The notes beneath the pieces were generated by a model. That model worked only from the letters and a program-made list of their open reading frames with translations, searched no databases and had not been told where the DNA came from. From a virus (lineage: Duplodnaviria > Heunggongvirae > Uroviricota > Caudoviricetes): a stretch of DNA of 64,000 nt. A program made the translations under genes and the position numbers. Location: IMG/VR virus record IMGVR_UViG_2734482790_000004. The stretch is one strand, 5' to 3'. Below, piece after piece: positions 10,397 to 23,585 of the stretch (the stretch's first letter is position 1; each line of letters opens with the position of its first letter).

Positions 10397-10447
10397 ACAC
10401 CAATTAGGTAAAGTTATTTTTAAGTAATCGAGCAACTTTCAGCCCTC

Positions 10448-10936
10448 TCAAAATGGAATATCGTCTTCAAAGTCCATTGGAGGTTCGCTATTGGCGTTGC
10501 TCTGAGGTTTACTGCCACCGCTGTATTGCTGGTGGTTTTGAGGTTGGTTTGACTGCCCCCAGCCATTTGAGAATTGTGAATCGTCGCGGCGAGCGCCGAT
10601 CATTTGCATGGTGCCGCCCTGGCTGACGATAATTTCCGTCGTGTAACGATCTACACCGGCGTCATCTGTCCACTTACGGGTTTTAAGTTTCCCTTCGATG
10701 TAGACCTGAGAACCTTTTCGTAAATACTCACTCGCAATTTCAGCAAGTTTCCCGAACAAAACGACTCTATGCCATTCTGTTTGCTCTTTCTGTTGGCCCG
10801 TTTGCTTGTCGCGCCATGATTCATTTGTTGCGATGCTTAGTCTTCCGACCGTTCCGCCATTTGGTATATACCTGATCTCCGGGTCTTGCCCCAGGGTACC
10901 AATCAGGATGACTTTGTTTACACCGCGTTGTGCCAC
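10448..10936 (-). CDS. ssb: single-stranded DNA-binding protein (162 aa)
   Basis: OB-fold SSB sequence with acidic C-terminal tail DFEDDIPF. Confidence 0.9.
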   Translation of the reverse strand: MAQRGVNKVILIGTLGQDPEIRYIPNGGTVGRLSIATNESWRDKQTGQQKEQTEWHRVVLFGKLAEIASEYLRKGSQVYIEGKLKTRKWTDDAGVDRYTTEIIVSQGGTMQMIGARRDDSQFSNGWGQSNQPQNHQQYSGGSKPQSNANSEPPMDFEDDIPF

Positions 10937-10956
10937 TTTTCTTACCCAATAAAATA

Positions 10957-10973
10957 AATTAATTAGAGCAATA
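10957..10973 (-). promoter_or_regulatory. C1 operator-like site (AAATTAATTAGAGCAAT)
   Basis: 16/17 match to reverse complement of P1 C1 operator consensus ATTGCTCTAATAAATTT; in ssb/lyz intergenic region. Confidence 0.55.
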
Positions 10974-11105
10974 ATGTATATCTTTGAAACGTAGCTAACA
11001 AGTGATTTGCATTATCCTGTGTCTTCTAAAGGGATCGAGTCAGTCGGTATTGGCTGTGAATGGGTGTTTGTCCTGGAGCGTAAAAAATTCGCTTATGAGG
11101 TCTTT

Positions 11106-11663
11106 ATGAAGGGAAAAACAGCCGCAGGAGGCGGTGCAATTTGCGCTATCGCGGTGATGATTACCATCGTGATGGGTAATGGCAATGTGCGAACCAACCA
11201 GGCGGGGCTTGAGCTGATTGGTAACGCTGAAGGTTGCCGACGTGATCCATACATGTGCCCGGCGGGGGTATGGACTGACGGGATCGGTAATACACACGGG
11301 GTAACGCCGGGTGTGCGAAAAACCGACCAGCAAATCGCCGCTGATTGGGAAAAGAATATCCTGATCGCTGAACGCTGTATTAATCAGCACTTTCGGGGCA
11401 AAGACATGCCCGATAATGCCTTCAGTGCAATGACAAGCGCGGCATTCAATATGGGATGCAATAGCTTACGGACCTACTACAGCAAAGCGCGAGGCATGCG
11501 AGTCGAAACGTCCATCCACAAGTGGGCGCAGAAAGGGGAATGGGTAAATATGTGTAACCATCTCCCTGATTTTGTGAACAGTAACGGCGTGCCCCTGCGA
11601 GGTTTAAAGATTCGCCGTGAAAAAGAACGCCAGCTTTGCCTGACGGGGCTGATCAATGAATAA
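11106..11663 (+). CDS. lyz: SAR-type endolysin (lysozyme), 185 aa from MKGKTAAGG start
   Basis: N-terminal Gly/Ala-rich weakly hydrophobic signal-anchor-release segment followed by a T4-lysozyme-like domain; ORF-track start at 11007 is probably upstream of the real start. Confidence 0.8.
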   Translation: MKGKTAAGGGAICAIAVMITIVMGNGNVRTNQAGLELIGNAEGCRRDPYMCPAGVWTDGIGNTHGVTPGVRKTDQQIAADWEKNILIAERCINQHFRGKDMPDNAFSAMTSAAFNMGCNSLRTYYSKARGMRVETSIHKWAQKGEWVNMCNHLPDFVNSNGVPLRGLKIRREKERQLCLTGLINE

Positions 11664-11910
11664 ACTCCGGCAGCTCCGCCGACTTTCGACAATGAAGTTA
11701 TCGCTGGCGGCGATAGTTTTCGACTCGATTTTCATGGCGGTATATGTGCTCAATGAGACGTGGCCACTGGAACCGCTATTGTATGCTGGGCTTCGACTGT
11801 GCCTGACATTTTTGAGCATGGCTGCAAGATTGATGCAGCAGAAAGAAACCGCTTCAGATTGTCCACGCCGCGCGGTGCGCAAATATATGGCACGCAGGCG
11901 AAGGCGATAA
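11656..11910 (+). CDS. small membrane protein overlapping lyz stop (84 aa)
   Basis: ATG overlaps the last lyz codons; hydrophobic segments; followed by a terminator at 11924-11949. Confidence 0.4.
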   Translation: MNKLRQLRRLSTMKLSLAAIVFDSIFMAVYVLNETWPLEPLLYAGLRLCLTFLSMAARLMQQKETASDCPRRAVRKYMARRRRR

Positions 11911-11923
11911 TAGTTAACGATAA

Positions 11924-11949
11924 CCCCGGCAGCCGCCGGGGTTATTTTT
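11924..11949 (+). terminator. rho-independent terminator (CCCCGGC agcc GCCGGGG TTATTTTT)
   Basis: GC stem plus T-run; lies between convergent lyz-side and head-gene operons. Confidence 0.7.
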
Positions 11950-11954
11950 GGTGG

Positions 11955-14685
<2,731 letters not shown>

Positions 14686-14751
14686 TTAATTAGAATAATT
14701 CGCATCGTGTTTGAACGGAATTTAACACTAGTCACTTGTTAAGGATTACCA

Positions 14752-17700
14752 ATGAACAAGCTATCTATGGGTGTGTTTCGCTGTTCAAGTGTCAGCGAAA
14801 TATTGAAATACATTAGGGCAATAACATCTCACCGAGCGCCGATTAAATACGGCGTGGAAAAGGTGGAAGGCAAAAGCTATGACCGACTGCGCCGGGAGGC
14901 GAATCAGAAGGCGATAGATTTGCTTAATTCGCTGGTGGACGGCGCGACACTGACAGATGAACAGCGCCAGATCCTGGCCGGGTACACTGGTGAAGGCGGC
15001 ATTGGCGGGTCCGTCTCCGAATATTACACACCAAAGCCTATCGCTGAAGGTGTCTGGGAGATCATGAAGCTCTACGGCGCGGACGTAGGTAACACTCTGG
15101 AACCATCGGCGGGAACCGGCGTTTTTAATGAGACAAAACCGGTTGGTACGGTGATGACCGCGACTGAGATCAGCAGTGTTTCCGGTCGTATAAACCAGTT
15201 GTTACACCCGGAAGACAGCGTACAGATTTCCCCGTTCGAACAGCTGGCTATAAACACGCCTAACGATTCATTCGACCATGTTGTGGGTAACGTTCCGTTC
15301 GGCGGTCGTGATAACACACGCAACATCGATAAGCCTTACGCAGAAGAAACGGACATGGGGTCTTACTTCATGCTCCGCATGCTGGACAAGATAAAACCTG
15401 GCGGATTCATGTGTGTGATTGTGCCGCCGTCCATTGTTTCAGGTTCAAACATGAAACGGTTACGCCTGCGCCTATCACGGAAAGCTGAATTTCTTGGTGC
15501 CCACCGCTTGCCTACCGGTACTTTTGACGCAAACGGGACCAGTACAGTTGTTGATGTGGTGCTGATGCGCAAACATCCGGCAGAGATGGCTGAGAAAATC
15601 CCCCTGGTGGATGAAAGCACTCTCGAATCGGCAAATGTGCTTTGGCCAACGTTTATTTCTGGCAAGTGGTTTGAAAAGGACGGCCGCCGGTTTGTTCATG
15701 GCACCCAGGAAAAGGGCTTCCAGGGGCGTATTGAGGTTCGTGCCGACGGTCAGATTGATAACCAGGCTCTTAAAGCGAAGCTGATTCATCGTTTCGAAAG
15801 CCGTATCGACTGGTCTTTGCTCGATATGGCTGAACCGTCACCGACCGCAGACGTTGTTGGTGAAGGGGAAATGCGCCTGATTAATGGCGTATGGCAAAAA
15901 TATGCTGGTGGTCGCTGGATTGAAGCTGATGCAGGGAAGGAACTTAAGATCGATGCTGCCAGTTATGGCGCGGATAGCTGGGAGGCTCTTCAGCGTAACC
16001 TGACTACAACAGAAGGCCGTCTCGGCATGACATTTACCCAGATGGCAAATGTCCGCGATAAGTACACCACATCAATCAGCGACGATATGGTGCAGCTGGT
16101 GGACTGGATTAACAGCCAGCCTGAAAAATACCGTGAACGCTTGTATCGCGGGGCGATGATTGGCCGGATGTTAATTGAATATCAGGACATGAAGGCCGCC
16201 GGGCATAGTGCTGAACAAATCGAACAGCAGCGCCTTTCTCTGGTATCCCGTTTGCAGGCAGAGATTGACCGTTTTGGTAACCCCGGTCGCGGTCCGATAG
16301 CGAAATTATCGGGGAGCGGTGCGCGCGCCTGGTTTGCTTTCCGTGGTGCAATTAAGCTGGATGGCACTATTTCTGACGAGCTGACAGGAAAACTGGTTAC
16401 GCATGATTCCAGCGCCAGTTATGACTCCACCAGCTATCAGGACACCCTGCGTTATCTCTACAGTGATCTCACTCGCGATCCAATCCAGCTCGATGATTTC
16501 CGCCTTGCGTTTACCGGCGAACTGCCAGCCAGTGATGACGAGTTGCTTAATTTATTGGCCAGCACCCCTGGCATTGCGGTTTCACCGTATGGCGGGATTG
16601 TTCCGTTCGCCCGCGCCACCAGCGGCGACATTAACGAGATAGTGGCTCCAAAACAGGAATTCCTCGCCACGCTCCCCGACGGTCCAGTAAAGAACAACGT
16701 CCTTAATCAGCTGGCAGCGATCGAAGAGAAGCGCATCAAGACGCCAGCAGAGAATATCCGCTTTAAGCTCAATAGCCGTTGGTTCGACCGTTCCGTCATT
16801 CTGGAGTTTTTGCAGGAAAACGGCTATCCGGATCTGCGCTATGTGCAGTCAGTGCAGCTGGAAGGCGACGAAATGGTTTCTGACACCTATCACGGTGGTG
16901 ATGGCCTGTTCGTCGGGCACCGATACGGTGTCGTCCAGCGTAAGGATAAAGAAACAGGCGAGATCCGCTACGAGTGGGACCGTAAATCAGGTGAAAACGC
17001 GACCGGGTTCCCGGCACAGCTGGAAAAGTATCTCAATGGTGCGCGTATCGGTGGCAAAGATAGCGCGACGGCGAACGGCTACCGCGAGCAGATGGCACTG
17101 CTTGAGGACCAGTTCAATAAGTGGATCAAGACGCACGATCGCTACGATGAGCTGGTTGCTAAATACAACGATGTGTTCAATAGCAATATCCCGTATGAAC
17201 ACTCTGGCGATCCGCTTGGGTTGAAGGGATTAAGCGGTAAGCGCCAGCCATTTGATTACCAGAATAGCGAGGTGCGCCGACTGTCCGAAGATGGGCGCGG
17301 CATCCTGGGCTTCGGCACCGGGCTGGGTAAAACCACGACCGCGCTGGCGCTTGAGGCGTTCAACTATGAGAACGGTCGCTCCACCCGTACTGCGTATGTA
17401 GTGCCTAAATCAGTGCTGGAAAACTGGTATTACGAAGCAAAAGAATTCCTGAGTGAAGAGGCATTCAGTAACTACCTGTTCGTCGGTCTTGATGTGCTGA
17501 TGGATGGCGATCAGATTCGCCAGGTGCAGGTGCTCGATGAGAACGGTAAACCTGTTCTTGGTACTGATGGCACTCCAGTTATGCGCGATGCTCTTAAGCT
17601 GGCAGATGAAGCCACTATCACGGCGCGGATGAACGCGATCCCGCACTCAAATTACCGTGCAGTCGTGTTTACCAAAGAACAATACGCCCGCATTCCGCTA

Positions 17701-20700
17701 CGTGATGACACCGTAGATGAGCATGCACAGGATATGCTTTATGACTTCGTTGCCGCCGGACGCGTAGCCAGCGCAATGGACTCCGACTCCCACCGCAAAG
17801 AGGCCGCGCGTCGCCGGGTATTGTCGGAGTATTCAGATACCGGCACCGAAAAAGCAGAGAAGTATCCGTACTTTGAGGATATGGGCTTCGATAGTGTGAT
17901 CGCCGACGAAGGCCACAACTACCGCAATAGCTATAAAAATGGTCGCGAAGCGTCACAGCTAGCCTATCTGCCCACCAGCGCGGTAGCGCAATCGGCGCGA
18001 GATATGGCAATTAAAAACGCGTACCTGATGAAAAAGAATGGTGGGCGCGGGCCGGTTCTCCTGACTGCAACGCCAGTCGTTAACACCCCGATCGATGCAT
18101 ACAACATGCTTTCTCATGTTCTGCCGAAGGAATACTGGCAGAACATGGGGATCTACGGTCCTGATGACTTCGTTAAATTCTTCGGCAAGACCAGGCTGGA
18201 AACGGTACAGAAAATTAGCGGTGAAGTTGAAGAAAAAATGGCGCTGGTGGGCTTTGAAAACCTTGATGCGCTGCGCGGTATATTCCATCGCTGGGTAACG
18301 CTTAAAACGGCGGAAGACGTTAAGGATACCGTGGAGATCCCGGAGCTGGACGAACACCAGCAGGATGCACCACTTACTGAAGAACAACTGGCGGCGTATG
18401 AAGAATTGCGTCAGCAGGCGGAAGCGGCGGCCAAAGCCAACAATGGCGTAACGACCTCGGTCAATGAAGACGGCGTGATTGAGCACGAGAAAGCCCGTCC
18501 GATCTTCTCAATAATCAGGGATATGGACCGCGTATGTACTGACATGGACCTGTACTATCGCCGGATCACCTATCGTTTCCTGCCGGAGTACGCCGATGCG
18601 GTGCAGCAGCTGGCGGACAGTTTGCCTAAACAAGCCACCAGCGAAGACGACGACAGTGATGATTCAATCACGCAGCAATCGCAATACTCCCTGATAGATA
18701 AGGGCGAGTTTATTCAGTTGCAGGTTCCGGAAGCGTTCGAGCAGGAAGTGAATAAGCGCCTGGCCAGGTTTGGCATTGACGAACAGACCGTAACTCACCC
18801 CGTTACGCCCAAATACGCGAAGCTGATTGCCACGCTGAAGGAGTTTTTCCCGGAAGGTAAGCAAATCATCTTCACCGATGAAAAAACGCAGCACCAGAAG
18901 CTCAAGCGCATTATCTGCAATGCTCTTAACCTTGAACCTTCAAAGGTGGGGATACTGAATGCTCAGACGGTTGCCGAGGCAGGTAAAACCGGTAAGAAAC
19001 TGAAAGCGGTTAAACCGCCGAAAGAGTTACCGGATGAACCAACAGATGCACAGATAGCGAAATACAACGAGCAAATGGCTCTGTATGACGCCTATATCGC
19101 GCAGCAAAATGAAATGTCGTTGGGCGGTCTGGAAAAGATTGCAGCCGACTTCCAGGAGGGCCGGACTCCGATCATCATCTGCAACAAAAAGGCAGAAGTG
19201 GGTATCAACCTGCATCGAGGAACGACTGACATCCATCATCTGACGTTGCCATGGACTCCAGCCAGTATTGCGCAACGAAACGGTCGCGGTGCCCGAGTTG
19301 GCTCCAACCGTGCAAGCGTTCGCGTTCACTACTACTGCGGCAAGGGGTCTTTCGATGAATACCGACTGAAGACGCTGAAGCGTAAAGCAGGCTGGATCTC
19401 CGATATCCTCCGTTCAGATAAGTCAGAAATGGAGAACGCCGACGCCAACGATATGATCGAAATGCAGATGTATACCGCGAAGGATGACGGCGAACGTCTG
19501 GCAATGATGCAGGTTCAAATGGATAAGGCGAAAGCTGCGAAACGCGCTCGCCAGAAAGAACAGGCTACTATCGACCTTCAGAACTACATCAAGGCGCAGC
19601 ACGCAGCTGGTGAGGATGTGGAGGTACTTACCGCTGAATTGGAGCGAAGCAAAGCGGAACTTGAAAAGACCACCGCCGACGTCGCCAAATTCAAACAGGC
19701 GGTAATGGCCAAAGCAGCTGATAACGCAGACTGGAAAGCCCGCTGGGGTAGCGTCCATCACACAGACCGTATGTTGTTAGCACAGTATCGCGCGTCGTTG
19801 AAAAGCGCCATTCAGCGCAAGGCTAATATCTCTCAGGCCATCTCCCGCTATGAGAAATTATTGAACCGTACTCAGAAGGCCGCGACGGATATCAAACGCC
19901 TGCGCCCGCTGGTGGAGGATGCAATAAATAAAGGCATTCTGGATGTTGATCCTGATCTGGTTAACCATGCGAATGAGTTCCTTGTTATCGGCGATCGCTC
20001 ATGGCGTGTAGGCCAATACTATGATTGTGCCGGTGATATCGTTCGCATTAAGTCGCTGGACTTCGACAGCCAGCGCGCAGACGTGGAGATCATCTTTACC
20101 TTCAAAGGCACCAAATCGGGTAACTGGGATGTGAAGACGCTGGATAAACAGGTTGATGTAACTCCCGATGAAGATGCTGTTATGCAGAAAATCAGTGGTG
20201 GCGTCTCCATCGCCGGGATTAACGACATCGTTTCCTGTGACGATTTCTACCGTTTCCAGCAGCGCGGCATGATCAAAATCACTGACTCATACGGCGTTCA
20301 GACTACAGAGTCAGGCTATAGCATTGATTTTGTTGGTACCTATACGGACCCACTGAAGCATGCGGTTTACCCGGATCGCCGTGACGGCGCGCTGAAGTCG
20401 TCAATTGCAAAATGGGTGCTTGGTATGATGTCGGAAGGGAATAACCGCCAGATCCGTTCGGCAGAAGCATTCCTGGTTGAACTGTTTGGCTCCAATTATG
20501 GCGATGTAATCGCGTCATACGGAGATACGCTATCCCCTGAAGCACTTCAGGAGAAAATAGCGGATGCGATCGCCAGAATGCCGGAGAAAACAAGCCAGGG
20601 GGCTACTCGTAACGGGGATTCTGAACTTGAAGTCACCAATGCCATTTTCGGTACCAATGAGTTCCGGGCGTCAGATTATGAGATCACCACAGCACAGTTT

Positions 20701-21519
20701 GGCACCATTGGCATTTACAGCAATAAAGCCGAGATCAAGCAGGCAATGGACGCAGCAAGCGCGCGCATCGCAGCAGAACGGGAAGCCAATCTGAATCATG
20801 CAGTCGCCGCGCTGACTCAATCGTGGGTAACAGCAATCAGGGAGGCCGCCACCACAGGGAAAATCACACCTGCAATAGCGGATGTCGTAAACGACGGCTC
20901 TAAATTTATGGATGCCTATCAAATGGATGCGGTGAAGTTGCCATCAGCCTATGGTCAACTCAGCTATCGCATGACCTACAACCTGGTATCAATGTTTTCC
21001 GACCTTGCCATCCTTGGGCTGGTGGATCTTAACGAGGTTACGCCGGAATTGCTCAGCATGCGCAAGAATCATGTGGAGATATTGCAGAGAATTAACACGG
21101 TTCTTGCCGGGCGCACCGATGAAGAGAAACAGGCCGACGCTGATCGGATAAACCTGGCCCTTGGCAACATCACGGAGGAAGAGATTGCCGCCAGAAACGA
21201 GAAACAAGAAGAGTTATCATCAATACAGGGTGATGCCACCAGCATAGCTCAGTCTCTTGGTCTGAATTATCGCGTATCCACCGCCGACCTGAAGATGATG
21301 TACGCACCAAAATTCGCCGCTGGCGAGGTATTTGGGCTTCAGGAAGCCTCAGGCATGAAAGGCGTTCTTTTCCGTGCGAAAGACGCAATCAAGGCGAAAT
21401 TCGGCGCTCGCTGGCTGCCAGCGAAGGCGAAGAACAGCGATTTCCCGGGTAACTGGTGGATTATCGAGACAAAACACAACGTGGCGGACGTTCTGGCCGT
21501 CATCCAACAATACGCATAA
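14752..21519 (+). CDS. darB: DarB giant antirestriction protein (2255 aa), methyltransferase plus helicase domains
   Basis: Exact 2255-aa length with AAGGA RBS; helicase motifs (GFGTGLGKT, VIADEGHNYRN); matches P1 DarB architecture. Confidence 0.85.
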   Translation: MNKLSMGVFRCSSVSEILKYIRAITSHRAPIKYGVEKVEGKSYDRLRREANQKAIDLLNSLVDGATLTDEQRQILAGYTGEGGIGGSVSEYYTPKPIAEGVWEIMKLYGADVGNTLEPSAGTGVFNETKPVGTVMTATEISSVSGRINQLLHPEDSVQISPFEQLAINTPNDSFDHVVGNVPFGGRDNTRNIDKPYAEETDMGSYFMLRMLDKIKPGGFMCVIVPPSIVSGSNMKRLRLRLSRKAEFLGAHRLPTGTFDANGTSTVVDVVLMRKHPAEMAEKIPLVDESTLESANVLWPTFISGKWFEKDGRRFVHGTQEKGFQGRIEVRADGQIDNQALKAKLIHRFESRIDWSLLDMAEPSPTADVVGEGEMRLINGVWQKYAGGRWIEADAGKELKIDAASYGADSWEALQRNLTTTEGRLGMTFTQMANVRDKYTTSISDDMVQLVDWINSQPEKYRERLYRGAMIGRMLIEYQDMKAAGHSAEQIEQQRLSLVSRLQAEIDRFGNPGRGPIAKLSGSGARAWFAFRGAIKLDGTISDELTGKLVTHDSSASYDSTSYQDTLRYLYSDLTRDPIQLDDFRLAFTGELPASDDELLNLLASTPGIAVSPYGGIVPFARATSGDINEIVAPKQEFLATLPDGPVKNNVLNQLAAIEEKRIKTPAENIRFKLNSRWFDRSVILEFLQENGYPDLRYVQSVQLEGDEMVSDTYHGGDGLFVGHRYGVVQRKDKETGEIRYEWDRKSGENATGFPAQLEKYLNGARIGGKDSATANGYREQMALLEDQFNKWIKTHDRYDELVAKYNDVFNSNIPYEHSGDPLGLKGLSGKRQPFDYQNSEVRRLSEDGRGILGFGTGLGKTTTALALEAFNYENGRSTRTAYVVPKSVLENWYYEAKEFLSEEAFSNYLFVGLDVLMDGDQIRQVQVLDENGKPVLGTDGTPVMRDALKLADEATITARMNAIPHSNYRAVVFTKEQYARIPLRDDTVDEHAQDMLYDFVAAGRVASAMDSDSHRKEAARRRVLSEYSDTGTEKAEKYPYFEDMGFDSVIADEGHNYRNSYKNGREASQLAYLPTSAVAQSARDMAIKNAYLMKKNGGRGPVLLTATPVVNTPIDAYNMLSHVLPKEYWQNMGIYGPDDFVKFFGKTRLETVQKISGEVEEKMALVGFENLDALRGIFHRWVTLKTAEDVKDTVEIPELDEHQQDAPLTEEQLAAYEELRQQAEAAAKANNGVTTSVNEDGVIEHEKARPIFSIIRDMDRVCTDMDLYYRRITYRFLPEYADAVQQLADSLPKQATSEDDDSDDSITQQSQYSLIDKGEFIQLQVPEAFEQEVNKRLARFGIDEQTVTHPVTPKYAKLIATLKEFFPEGKQIIFTDEKTQHQKLKRIICNALNLEPSKVGILNAQTVAEAGKTGKKLKAVKPPKELPDEPTDAQIAKYNEQMALYDAYIAQQNEMSLGGLEKIAADFQEGRTPIIICNKKAEVGINLHRGTTDIHHLTLPWTPASIAQRNGRGARVGSNRASVRVHYYCGKGSFDEYRLKTLKRKAGWISDILRSDKSEMENADANDMIEMQMYTAKDDGERLAMMQVQMDKAKAAKRARQKEQATIDLQNYIKAQHAAGEDVEVLTAELERSKAELEKTTADVAKFKQAVMAKAADNADWKARWGSVHHTDRMLLAQYRASLKSAIQRKANISQAISRYEKLLNRTQKAATDIKRLRPLVEDAINKGILDVDPDLVNHANEFLVIGDRSWRVGQYYDCAGDIVRIKSLDFDSQRADVEIIFTFKGTKSGNWDVKTLDKQVDVTPDEDAVMQKISGGVSIAGINDIVSCDDFYRFQQRGMIKITDSYGVQTTESGYSIDFVGTYTDPLKHAVYPDRRDGALKSSIAKWVLGMMSEGNNRQIRSAEAFLVELFGSNYGDVIASYGDTLSPEALQEKIADAIARMPEKTSQGATRNGDSELEVTNAIFGTNEFRASDYEITTAQFGTIGIYSNKAEIKQAMDAASARIAAEREANLNHAVAALTQSWVTAIREAATTGKITPAIADVVNDGSKFMDAYQMDAVKLPSAYGQLSYRMTYNLVSMFSDLAILGLVDLNEVTPELLSMRKNHVEILQRINTVLAGRTDEEKQADADRINLALGNITEEEIAARNEKQEELSSIQGDATSIAQSLGLNYRVSTADLKMMYAPKFAAGEVFGLQEASGMKGVLFRAKDAIKAKFGARWLPAKAKNSDFPGNWWIIETKHNVADVLAVIQQYA

Positions 21520-21552
21520 CAGGAGCGCCCGGTTCGCCGGGCGTCGCATAAT

Positions 21553-21993
21553 ATGGCCACACTATCTGATACAATAAAACCGAATAAAACATATCTTGAG
21601 GCGGTACTCCGTACAGCGTTGTTAGGAAAGACAGAAGACGAATACGTTGATTTCTTCCTGTCAGGGCTACGCGGGCGATTACTGAAAAATCCCCGCCTGT
21701 ACCGCAGCTATGGTCCATACTGGCCGGAAATTAAAAAATTATTACTGGAGCGCGGTTATGGTAATTTCGGTCGTCTCGTTGACCGTGACGTTCGCAAAAT
21801 TTACCGTTATGACCGCCCGGCGCTAACACTCATAGCCGCGACGCTCTACAGCCAGGAGCGTTTTGATAATGGTCAGATATACTCAGCCTGGCATTTACTG
21901 CCAGTGCCTGAAGAAGTTGACGACCAGGACTATGAGTTTGAGTCTTACGATTTGGAAGTTGAAGCCTTGGCACAGTCTGGAGAGAAAACTTGA
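21553..21993 (+). CDS. ulx: small protein downstream of darB, Ulx-like (146 aa)
   Basis: Position immediately after darB; symbol from recalled P1 order. Confidence 0.45.
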   Translation: MATLSDTIKPNKTYLEAVLRTALLGKTEDEYVDFFLSGLRGRLLKNPRLYRSYGPYWPEIKKLLLERGYGNFGRLVDRDVRKIYRYDRPALTLIAATLYSQERFDNGQIYSAWHLLPVPEEVDDQDYEFESYDLEVEALAQSGEKT

Positions 21994-22238
21994 AAAAGCG
22001 ATACTACACAGTAAAGCATGGGACGCTACGAGCATTACAAGAGTTTGCTGACAAGCATAACGTTGAGGTGCGCAGGGAAGGGGGAAGTAAAGCTCTGCGC
22101 ATGTACCGTCCGGACGGGAAATGGCGGACGGTCGTCGATTTCAAAACAAACAGTGTTCCCCAGGGCGTCCGCGACCGGGCATTCGAAGAATGGGAGCAGA
22201 TCATCATAGATAACGCATTGCTTCTGAATGCTGATTAA
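21990..22238 (+). CDS. lxc: small basic protein, Lxc-like (82 aa)
   Basis: ATGA overlap with preceding gene; size and position as P1 lxc. Confidence 0.45.
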   Translation: MKKRYYTVKHGTLRALQEFADKHNVEVRREGGSKALRMYRPDGKWRTVVDFKTNSVPQGVRDRAFEEWEQIIIDNALLLNAD

Positions 22239-22242
22239 GAAC

Positions 22243-22270
22243 TCTCCGGCCTAGGGAGATTAGGCCGGAG
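22243..22270. terminator. perfect 10-bp inverted-repeat hairpin (CTCCGGCCTA gggagat TAGGCCGGAG)
   Basis: Lies between convergent lxc and the SIR2-like gene; no strong T-run. Confidence 0.45.
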
Positions 22271-22568
22271 ATAAATATACTATATAAACTTAGATACAAT
22301 ATCGTGAATCTGTTGTAGCGGGATATCTTCCATCTCATTCTTAATAAGAGAGCGGTTAGATGCTGTCAGTGAAGGCCATTTTGTTTTCCAGGCTAGATAT
22401 GCTCGCCATGAGTAGCCTGTTTCGTAAGGTTTATTCATATAAGTCATTGAGTGTTCAACCGCATGTATGTATTTTTTCTCAAAATTGGTTCCTTTTACTT
22501 CAAATAAACTACCGAAATAAATAAGCCATTTTGCCAGGTGTTCATACTGCTCCCATGCGCCAGGCTTT

Positions 22569-23585
22569 TTAGTAAGTTCTATTTTTTTTATCTATTATAT
22601 TACAAAAAACATTTAATACATTTTTATTATTCCAGCTATATCCAGATGATGAAATGGAGGAAATGATATGATAAAAAGAATCCTCTAGCTTCAAGAACTC
22701 TATTTTATACTCTCTTCCGTTTTTTATTACCGATTTGATTGAGTGCCTCAATTTGTCTTTTATTTTTTTTGCTTCTGGAATTTTATCGTTAAGTTTTCTA
22801 AAGAAATCAGATACCTCTGTTTTATCTATAACCCTAACCCCATAGCAGGAAAAATAGTAATCTTTAATAGGTTGCAATAGTTCCCCTCGGGAAACAAGGA
22901 AAATATTGGAGGACATTACGTTGTCCCGTGAAAATACCTTATATTCATTTATAATAGCCTTTAGGTTCGCGTCACTTAGAGAATAGCCAAGGATAACAAT
23001 AGTGTTTTCATGTAGAACTGTGCTTAGTTTATTAGAAAAGTAAGAATTACCATTTATAAATCTGAAATAATCCTCGCTAGTAACAACCATGTCTGATGGG
23101 GAGTCTATAGAACCGTGAACATGGTAGACTTTAACCTCACAATTATATTTTGGAATTGGCAGGCCGGGGGTGATTGTACACGTTCGATTCTCTCCAGCCA
23201 GCTTTTCTGCTAACTTGTCATAATTTGTCGTAATTACTTTAAATGTGTTTTCTTTGAAAAAGTCTTGAATATATTCAATTGATGGATCAAGTTCGATTGA
23301 GGCTATGATTTTCTCAATCTCTTGGTAAATATTTTTCCCCGAAAGTATAAATTTTAGTGCAATAACCTGAGCAGCTTCTTCAAGGCTAAGGTCTTTTGCT
23401 TTTCCATCAGGAAATAATTCCTCTTTGAGTGAGTCACCATCCTTCAATAAACCGCACAGTTGCTCCAATAAAGATTGCCAACTTGGGGCTTTATCATCAG
23501 AAACAGCCTTTGAAAATCCAGTGCCTGTAAGAAAGCACAGCCTATGTGTAGCCGCTGCATAGGCAATTTCTATATACTCGCTCAT
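22569..23585 (-). CDS. SIR2-like (SIR2_2 family) putative NAD-depleting defence effector (338 aa)
   Basis: Motifs FLTGTGFS, TTNYDKL, YHVHGSI and ILGYSLSD match the SIR2_2 family pattern (GAGxS / TTNYD / HxHG / GYSxxD); GGAG RBS; gene and surroundings are markedly AT-rich. Confidence 0.7.
   Translation of the reverse strand: MSEYIEIAYAAATHRLCFLTGTGFSKAVSDDKAPSWQSLLEQLCGLLKDGDSLKEELFPDGKAKDLSLEEAAQVIALKFILSGKNIYQEIEKIIASIELDPSIEYIQDFFKENTFKVITTNYDKLAEKLAGENRTCTITPGLPIPKYNCEVKVYHVHGSIDSPSDMVVTSEDYFRFINGNSYFSNKLSTVLHENTIVILGYSLSDANLKAIINEYKVFSRDNVMSSNIFLVSRGELLQPIKDYYFSCYGVRVIDKTEVSDFFRKLNDKIPEAKKIKDKLRHSIKSVIKNGREYKIEFLKLEDSFYHIISSISSSGYSWNNKNVLNVFCNIIDKKNRTY

Noticed and set aside
15072-21388. 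Many short antisense or alternative-frame ORFs within darB
   Set aside because: Embedded in a single 6.8-kb ORF with coherent domain content; typical GC-rich frame noise.
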